Assembly: GCF_009914755.1 (NCBI RefSeq) | Contig: NC_060926.1 | Origin: the human T2T-CHM13v2.0 reference genome, Homo sapiens | Length of the DNA stretch: 64,000 nucleotides | Strand: one strand, 5' to 3' | In this document: positions 52,334 through 64,000 of the stretch, in pieces | Layout: each line of letters opens with the position of its first letter | Numbering within the stretch: the stretch's first letter is position 1 | The notes under the pieces: generated by a model | Database searches by the model: none | The model's input: the letters and a program-made list of their open reading frames with translations, nothing else | Told to the model about the DNA's origin: nothing | Program-made: the position numbers and the translations under genes

Positions 52334-54680
52334 CTGTGGCAGAATTAGGTACTTTCACTTCTCTTTGCCAATCAAGGACAGCAATAACGTCAGTCCTCTC
52401 CTCTTCATGCTGTTACAAGCAGGCTGCAGTCACCAGAACAGACCAGGGTTTTTCACCTTAGGAATGTCCTTCCCTTTCCGTATAAAGACGCTCTTTACTG
52501 ACAGTATTAAGATAGACTTGGGTTATTCTTTTTTCTAGTAATGGTGAGGGACCTTTGTTTGTCTTTAAATTTTGCCTAGTTCTCACAAGAGCCTCCTCTG
52601 CTTGTACACGGCTACCCAATGAAAATGCTGTGTTGATTAAGGTTTGAGACTAAAATTCCTAAAAAGGCAATGTGACCTAGCAGGGTTACAAGGAAACCTA
52701 ACATACTACTGAGAAAGAACAGACAAAAGATGTGGACATTCTGAATGCATAAAAGTAGCCAACAACTACCTCCAACCCCCAAGAACACAAAAAACCCTGG
52801 GCTCACTTAAGATGACAAAGTAGGTCAATGCTGACCAATGACGTTCTGTTTCTAAAATTCACATCACCATTCCACTCAGTGATAATGAACACCAATGGGA
52901 AATTGGACCATCCGAGTGAGTGTCTAGAATCTCTGTGAGCAGATGGCTCTGCCATCTGTGGTTTTCCATTCCTCCATGGCAGTTAAGGATGCTATAAATT
53001 CACATCAGTAACATCTCTGTCCCACATCTGCTAGGAGGAGTCTACAGTCCCAGAGCAGTCATCTAGAAACCATGAGGTTTCCCAGAAAGGCTGCCATTTA
53101 TTAAAATGAGTTAATTAATAGACTCACGGACTCTTTCAGGGTCTAGTCTGAATTCACTCACAGGAAACTAAACAGACTAAACTCTTTTCCCCTCATCTAC
53201 TCTCTCCACAGTAATATGGCAAATATTTACATCTCTTTAAAACATGTACTAGCTGGGCCAGGTGACTGACACTTGTAATCCCAGGATTTTGGGAGGTTGA
53301 GGAAGGAGGATCACTCGAGGCCAGGAGTTTGAGACCAACCTGAGCAATACAATGAGACCCTGACTCTACAAAAAATTTAAAAATTAGCCAGGTGTGGTGG
53401 CATGTGCCTGGATCCCTTGAGACCAGGAGTTCCAGGCTGCAGTGAACTATGATGGAAACCCTGCACTCCAGCCTAGGAGACAGAGCAAGACCGTGTCTCA
53501 AAAAACAGAAAGACATGTACTAACTCATTAATCCTCAGGACAACCCTAAGGGAGTACTATTATCAGTCCCTAAAATGGTGAACACCGTTGAAAAGGCACT
53601 GGCACAGAGTGGTTAAGTAACTTGCTCCAAGTCACAGAGCCAGTAAATAGGGGGAAGGTGGTCTGAGGCCAGAGCCGAGGTTAAGGACTGTCAGAGCCAA
53701 GGCTGTGACCAAGGCGAGCCCGGCAAGGACAGGACCCTCGGCCTCGCCCACTAAGAAGCAGACATTTACAGAATTCCTAAGACGCCGCGTTCCATTTCGT
53801 TTTTAAGGAGTCCGATCACATGCGAAGCGCCCCTGCGTCTTAAGCCCAGCTTTTGGAAGGCACTGTCCCTTTCTAAGGGAACTATGGGTCCTTATTTCAG
53901 GACTGAGATTTAACATTTCAGTTTTTCGTTTCTGAGACAGAGTTTCACTCTTGTTGCCCAGGCTGGAGTGGCGCGATCTCGGCTCACTGCAACCTCCGCC
54001 TCCTGGGGGTTCAGGAGATTCTCCTGCCTCAGCCTTCTGAGTAGCTGGGATCACTGGCGCGCGACACCACGCCCGACTAATTTTGTATTTTTAGTAGAGA
54101 CGGGGTTTCGCCATGTTGGTCAGGCTGGTCTCGAACTCCTGACCTCAGATGATCCACCCGCTTCGGCCTTCCAAAGTGCTGGGATTACAGGTGTGAGCCA
54201 CCGCGCCCGGCTTAACATTTCAGTTTTTAAAAGTAGGAGCTGCATAAAGCAGGTGGCAGAAACAAGCAGCAGTGCAGGACGCCCGCCAACCTCCGTCCCC
54301 ACGCACGAGTTCGAGAAGAGCCCGGAACAAGCTCCCCTGCGACTCTCCGGGAATACAGACCCCCTCCCCGGGATCCGGCCGGGGCTGGGCTCCGCGGCTC
54401 TCCCGCCCGGCCCTGGACCCCGCGCCCGGCTCCAGCGCACGAGGCTCCCGCCCCCCGCGGCTGCGGAAGCCCCTCCCCACGGGCGCCCGAGTCTCCCGCG
54501 CACCCGCACCTCCGCCGGGGCAACCTAGCAGCTCCTCCGGACGCCGAGGCCCGCGCCTCCCGCCCGCCAGGCCCACTTCCGGCCGCCTGCGGCCGCGGCC
54601 CGCCGGGGAACGGCCTAGAGATTCGAAACCTTTCAGGCCGACCCCAGCTCGCCCGCCTCCCTCCGCTGGCCCGCACCTAC

Positions 54681-54699
54681 CGAGCACCAGGAGAGCCAT
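54681..54699 (-). CDS. PDIA6: PDIA6 exon 1, coding part (ATG, start of signal peptide)
   Basis: ggcATGGCTCTCCTGGTGCTCG|gtaggt = MALLVLG, strong Kozak; the 13 exons total 1323 nt = 440 aa + stop. Confidence 0.96.
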
Positions 54700-54855
54700 G
54701 CCGAGCGCCGGGCTACGTGCAGTCCCCACCGCCGCCGCCGCTTCAGCCCTGCAGCGTGCCGCACGCCGCGCCCCCGCGCCCACGTCCCGCCCCAGGCCAG
54801 TCCGGTGGTCCGAGGGGCGGCCGCGCGGGGGCGGGCCGGAAGGCGCTCGCCAAGC

Positions 54856-54874
54856 CGTGGCTGCGGCTCATTGG
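54856..54874 (-). promoter_or_regulatory. ER stress response element (ERSE, CCAAT-N9-CCACG)
   Basis: - strand CCAAT GAGCCGCAG CCACG, exact consensus, about 160 bp upstream of the ATG. Confidence 0.88.
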
Positions 54875-55657
54875 TCCGGGCGGACATCGCTCACTCACAT
54901 ATCCAATGGGAGGCGGCCGGGTAGAGGTTACCGGTTTGGTTTTTTTTCACGGGGGCGGTGGCGAGCAGCGGAAGGCGGGGCCTGCTGGGGGCGGGGCTGG
55001 CAGTCTCGGCTCGCACCGCCTCAGCTCCTCCGGGCCCTCTCGGGGTGCTGCTCGGAGGGGAGTCCAGTACTGGGCGTTTTTACCTTAGTTCCTTATTCTG
55101 CACCCCCCCACCCCGCCTCCTCCTTGCCTGTGTGCGCCCCCACCCTCTTTATCCCGGGGGAGCGTGACTCGGCCTCAGGGCACCCACGGTCCTGGGAGCT
55201 GACAGGGAATTCCTCTTGTGCCCGACGAATATTCCGTGGACACACATTTGCTCCGCACGCGCTGTCTGCAATGTAATTCGACAAGTTTCTATTTTGTTGA
55301 ATTACTTTTGAAAGTTCTTCCGTCCAGGGCGCATGGCTCTGCAGAGCCTTCTCCTCCTTCTCTGGAGAACCCCAGGGACTTAAGCGGTAGCCTCCTCGCT
55401 GACAGGGTCTCCACTTTGTCCTGGGGGGCGAGGGGGCTGGCAATGCGCTCACGTGGGTGTGTGCTTTGTAAAATATGCAAAAGTGAAAAAAAATATGTTT
55501 GTGGGGCAGGCTGGCGAGCAGTGGCATGATACAGTTCACTGCAGCCTTGAACTCCTGGGCTGCAGTGAGCCTCCTGCCTCGGCCTCCCAAAGTGCTGGGA
55601 TCACAGGCATGGGCCACCACGCCCGGCAAAAGTAAAAATTTTTTTGCTTTTTTTTGA

Positions 55658-55926
<269 letters not shown>

Positions 55927-57076
55927 CATATTGGCCAGGCTGGTCTCGAACTCCCGACCTCAGGTGATCCGCCTGCTTTGGCCTCCCAAAATGCTAGGAT
56001 TACAGTTGTGAGCCACCACGCCCGACCTAAAAGTAAAATCTTTCAAGCACAAGTTAAGACCACTGTATCTTTCCGCCTTGATTCTCCCTCCTATGTTTGG
56101 AGTGGACTCGGACATTTTGTTTTTGTATTAGTAATTTCTCCATATTGTAGTGTGTAAGGCATAAGTATTCTTAGGCAGGGGTCCAGGAGTGGTGGGGGCC
56201 GGCTGGTGGGCTTCCTGGAGGAAGTGGCACTAGAGCTGCGTTTGGAAGATTTTTCAGGCAAACTGAACTCAGAGGCACAGCAGCCCTCTGAAGTCACGGG
56301 GGCCTCTCCTGGAAGCCACATGCCAGCATTGATTTTCCCCAGGGAGGCTGCTTGTCCCGGGACAGAAATCCTCAGCTTGGTACCCCGGGCAGCTCCTCCT
56401 GAATGTGAAGGTGCGTGGGAAGCCCAACCGGTGATCGCAGGGCTGTTTGGGATTCACAGCAAAGGGCAGTGGACTGCGAGCCTGTTCCTCCAGGCCTGTC
56501 TGCTTTCCCTGAAGGGCGCCTGAGGGGCAATGAATGCTGTTTGTTTTTCTGACCCCTTTCCTGCATTTGACACATTTCCCCCCTTAAATTTGCTGCTGTT
56601 GCTGACTGGATTACAGCGAAGTCCTTCCTTTTCCTCTCAGCCTGGAAAGTCATGCTTTTCCTCCCTGGATGGAGGAATTTAATTCTCTTACCAGAAGAGG
56701 GCCCCTTCATTTGTCTTTACATTAAGACAGTTAACTTTGTCCCCATGGGCCACAGACATCACAGCTTCCACAACGCACTCACGATCGAGTTTGTTTTCTC
56801 AGGGTTGTGAGTTGATCGCAGCCTCTCCAGGCCTGCTGTGTTTGGGTAGCAATCCTGCTTGGAACAGAACCCTCGAACTGCGGTGGCCCACACTGCCAGT
56901 GCCCTTTGTGTGCTGTGTGGTCTCTGTCCCAGTTGGCCTCAGGGCTGATCCTCGTGGAGAAAACAGAGGCCAGATCATAACTCCCTGCTAAATATCCCAG
57001 GTCACTGGCTGCTCTGGACCGTGGGCTGAATGCGCAGCTGCACGAGGCACACACCCCTGTGAAGCCCACTGTACAG

Positions 57077-57224
57077 GCACAGGCTTCGGGAAATGCACAG
57101 GCTTCTGGAAATGCACAGGCTTCTGGAAATGCACAGGCTTCTGGAAATGCACAGGCCTCCGGAAATGCACAGGCTTCTGGAAATGCACAGCCTTCTGGAA
57201 ATGCACAGGCTTCCGGAAATGCAC
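57077..57224. repeat. Minisatellite, 8 x 18 bp (GCACAGGCTTCTGGAAAT)
   Basis: Eight tandem units with 0-2 substitutions each. Confidence 0.96.
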
Positions 57225-57439
57225 CAGGGCGTGTTGCTCATTTCTTTTTTCATTAAAACCAAATGCACATTAACAACCTAATTATACGAGCAACTGTCTC
57301 AGGCACAGTCACTGGCCCCAGGGAGCACACAGCCAACAGAGAGGCACGTTACACTGCGGTATTCCTCATGCTCTGACAAAGAGAAGCCCCTGGTACAGTG
57401 GAGCCCAGAGGAATAACTTCTTTTTTTTGTTTCTTCACT

Positions 57440-61245
<3,806 letters not shown>

Positions 61246-61278
61246 GAGGCTCCTACTCTGGGAGTTTCCTCTACTTAC

Positions 61279-61359
61279 CGGGTGCATTAGCCATGGTGGT
61301 TGATGGATACATTATGGGACTTTTCCTTGATAGGGAGTGGGCAGGAGAAGTTGGTGAGC
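61279..61359 (-). CDS. PDIA6: Alternative upstream PDIA6 coding exon (81 nt, phase 1-1)
   Basis: ctttcag|GCTCACC...GCACCCG|gtaagt; (C)SPTSPAHSLSRKSPIMYPSTTMANAP(G), in frame with exon 2; matches the recalled long PDIA6 isoform N-terminus. Confidence 0.8.
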
Positions 61360-62072
61360 CTGAAAGTGAGAGAGAAGAGGAGATGAGTGAGGTGGGGATG
61401 GGGAAACTATTACCGAATGTTCACCATATGCCAGGCTCCACGTATTTACATCTGTGAACCTGCTAAAACTGCTTTTGTTAATCAACGAAAAGTTATAGTG
61501 CTGAAAAATCTTATTCCTGAAAAAGCACAGACTGTTATAAACTGTGCTATTTGAGATAAATAGAGTAAGAATGGAACATCCTTCTTTTGTCTGAAGGACC
61601 TGGGTCATCTTAACACTGAGAAGCTGCCTTGATTTCCAACCCAGGGCCTTCTGGACACAACATTGCACATTTGTCTTAACTTCATCATTTCCAAGGAAAG
61701 AGAAACCTCCATCCACTTCGTAGCCCAGGTCTGACCGTAATTCCTTTATACACAGTTGTGTTTTGCTTTGAGCCTATTAAACACTGCTTTATTTAAATCT
61801 TACCTACAACTTTCCCTTCTCCAACACCCTATGGTAATCCTGTTGGCTTGCTTGGTTAGAGTTGCCCCATGGGTCCTCTGAGGTGCCCTCTCTTGTTGCA
61901 GTGATCCGAGAAGCCCGCCTCTGCTGGTCTGCAGGTTTGTCCTGCTGGTCTCTATTAGATGGGGCCACCATGTGTTGTGTTTCGTTTAATCCTCACAGCA
62001 GCCCTGCAGTTAGATATGACTAGTCTCACTTTACCGAGGGAGACACTGAAGTCCAGAGGTGTTCTTGGCATA

Positions 62073-62723
62073 GTGAAGTGGCCTCATTGTCTGGGGTAAT
62101 ACCTGTGGTTCGTTGTCTCATGGTCATGGAGATTAAAGACGTGGACCCACGAAGAGTTAGGTTAAGAGCGGAAGTTTAATAGATGAAAGAGAGAGAATAG
62201 CTCTCTGTTATAGAAGGGGGTCCCGGAAAAATGGGTTGTTGATCTGTGGTTAAATGTGGGGTGTTTTATAGATGAGTCGCTGGGGAGGTGGTGTCTGATC
62301 TACAGAGGGCATGAAAAATTGATTAGGACCAGGTGTGTCATTTGTATAAGGTGTACATTTCTGGCAACCCCCACCCCAGTATTTTATTACAGGTGTGTTT
62401 TCAGTCTAAATTGTCATGTTGCCCATTTCTTTTTTACTGTACACGTGTTAACAAAGAAGGGGAAGATGGAGCTTCCATGGTGGACATGTCCAGCCCCCAG
62501 GTAGCCTCGTTTCTATAGATGTCATCGTTGGCATTCCCCTGTGTAAGTTTCTAGTTTTTCTAGTTGTCTTTGTTTATCTGTGTCTGTAGTTTGATTTTTC
62601 AGGCTATTCTTCGTTAGGAAAAAAATAATTTCTTGAGCTGTTTTTTGTTAGAAGGGAAGTTCTGTCGAGGACTCTTTTGTCCTCACTATCTGTCTAAATA
62701 ATTTCTTTCTACCTCCTGTATCA
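62073..62723 (-). mobile_element. Solo ERV1-class LTR (MER61/LTR25-like; family uncertain)
   Basis: - strand begins TGATACAGGAGGTAGAAAGAAATTATTTAG and ends GAGGCCACTTCA; TG...CA termini, about 650 bp. Confidence 0.7.
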
Positions 62724-62729
62724 GCGGCA

Positions 62730-63080
62730 CCAGCTGGGGTGGCCCGAAGCCAGGGAGCTGGGCCAGTTCACTCACATGGCTGGAAGTCGGAGCTGATGTT
62801 GGCTGGGACCTCAACTGGGGCCAGTGGTCGGCACACCCACACAAGCTTCTCCCGGAGGTCTCTTCTCATGGATGCTGGGGGTATCTTCTCTCCTCTGGAA
62901 GCTGTGCTCTGAGAGTGAGCGTCCTAAGAGTCAGGAAGAGGAAGCTGCCACTTCAGGACCTGGGTTTGGAAACTGACCCTGGTTAAGCAGGTCGTTGGGC
63001 CCAGGACGAAGGGGAGGGGGGTGGATTCTACCTCCCAGTGAGGAGATGGCCACAGAATTTTCAGGTCGTGTTTTAAAACA
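62730..63080 (-). mobile_element. MLT1 (G/H-like) MaLR LTR
   Basis: - strand gcagcttcctcttcctgactcttag...cagccaacatcagctccgacttccagccatgtgagtga, characteristic of MLT1. Confidence 0.7.
62776..62869 (-). CDS. PDIA6: Alternative upstream PDIA6 start-codon exon (exon probably 62776-62923)
   Basis: ATG...CAGCCAT|gtgagt; MRRDLREKLVWVCRPLAPVEVPANISSDFQP; with the 81-nt exon gives a 58-aa N-terminus replacing MALLVL (492-aa protein). Confidence 0.75.
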
Positions 63081-63734
63081 GCCTTCGGAGATTTGGAATG
63101 CCCTCTTCTCACTTTTCTGTTGTTGAAATATTGCCCATCCTTTATGGCCCAGCTGAAATCCACCTCCTTCCTTCCCCCTCTCTTACCTCTCAGTTGAAAT
63201 TAATCATGGCCTCATCAGCTCTTCCAAAGCTCACCCTCGTCTGTTGCTTCCAGTCTCTACCGTTGCACAGTAAGCCAGTGGAGGGCAAGATTCGGTTAAT
63301 CAATTTTACCTGTGTGTAGGGAGTAACAGCGTGCCCCGACATAGGCAACAGGTACCCAGCATTTGAGTGTTAAAAAATGAATAATTGCTGTGAAGCCAAG
63401 GGGTAGAGGCAGGAGAAAGAGGGGTCAGAGGAGAGCAGTCCCCGATTTACCCAGGAGGCCTCTGGCTGTGTGGTTGGGTGTTGCCTTCTATTCAGCGGTA
63501 TCTGAATTGATGCTGAGCAAACATCTAGAAAGAGGAAGCATTGTTGGAGAATTCGACAATTCAGCACTTCTCCTTCTATAGGGTTGTAAGTGTTTCTGTG
63601 AATTTAAAGATTCTATCCAAGGGCAATAATAAATGATTTTTTTTTTTGAGACAGGGTCTCATTCTGTCACCCAGACTGGAGTGCAGTGACGCAGTTATGG
63701 CTTGCTGCAGCCTTGACCCCCTAGGCTCAAGTGA

Positions 63735-63944
<210 letters not shown>

Positions 63945-64000
63945 TAAAATTAAAAAAAAAATTTTTTTGAGACAGAGTCTGTTGCCCAGGCTGGAGTGCA

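Larger units (their letters stand above)
54250..55150. promoter_or_regulatory. CpG island / PDIA6 promoter with GC boxes
   Basis: Very high GC and CpG density around exon 1; several GGGGCGGG motifs; no obvious TATA. Confidence 0.92.

Noticed and set aside
54272-55276. 334-aa + strand ORF and overlapping 130-190-aa ORFs
   Set aside because: Lies across the CpG island, where stop codons are scarce; low-complexity R/P/A/G composition, non-ATG start and no recognisable domain.
57077-57224. CRISPR-like array
   Set aside because: Units are contiguous with no unique spacers; eukaryotic context, no cas genes.
56988-57281. Repetitive ORFs (AQASGN)n, (HFQKPV)n, (MHRLLE)n
   Set aside because: By-product of a stop-free 18-bp minisatellite open in several frames.

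Overview
Primate (almost certainly human, 2p25) genomic DNA containing two convergent spliced genes. On +: the 3' ten exons of ATP6V1C2 (V-ATPase V1 subunit C2; 6314-25262), including the 138-nt cassette exon that distinguishes the long C2-a form. On -: all 13 coding exons of PDIA6 (ER protein disulfide isomerase P5; 54699-26257). These splice to 1323 nt = 440 aa with a signal peptide, two WCGHC motifs and C-terminal KDEL. PDIA6 has a CpG-island promoter with a perfect ERSE and candidate alternative 5' exons built from a MIR and an MLT1 LTR. The 3' ends of the two genes meet at back-to-back poly(A) signals. The rest is intronic and repeat-rich: about 45 Alus/Alu fragments, a 5'-inverted young L1 nested in Tigger3, LTRs, hAT/Tigger fossils and a U7 snRNA retrocopy. 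Nearly all ORFs in the supplied track are Alu-, L1- or GC-content artefacts. I see no evidence of a new gene system. The most notable features are structural: a TSD-bounded Alu composite that captured 350 bp of local DNA, TE-derived alternative PDIA6 N-termini, a bidirectional poly(A) cassette, and an 18-bp VNTR upstream of PDIA6. Exon numbers and repeat family names come from recalled knowledge, not a database search.
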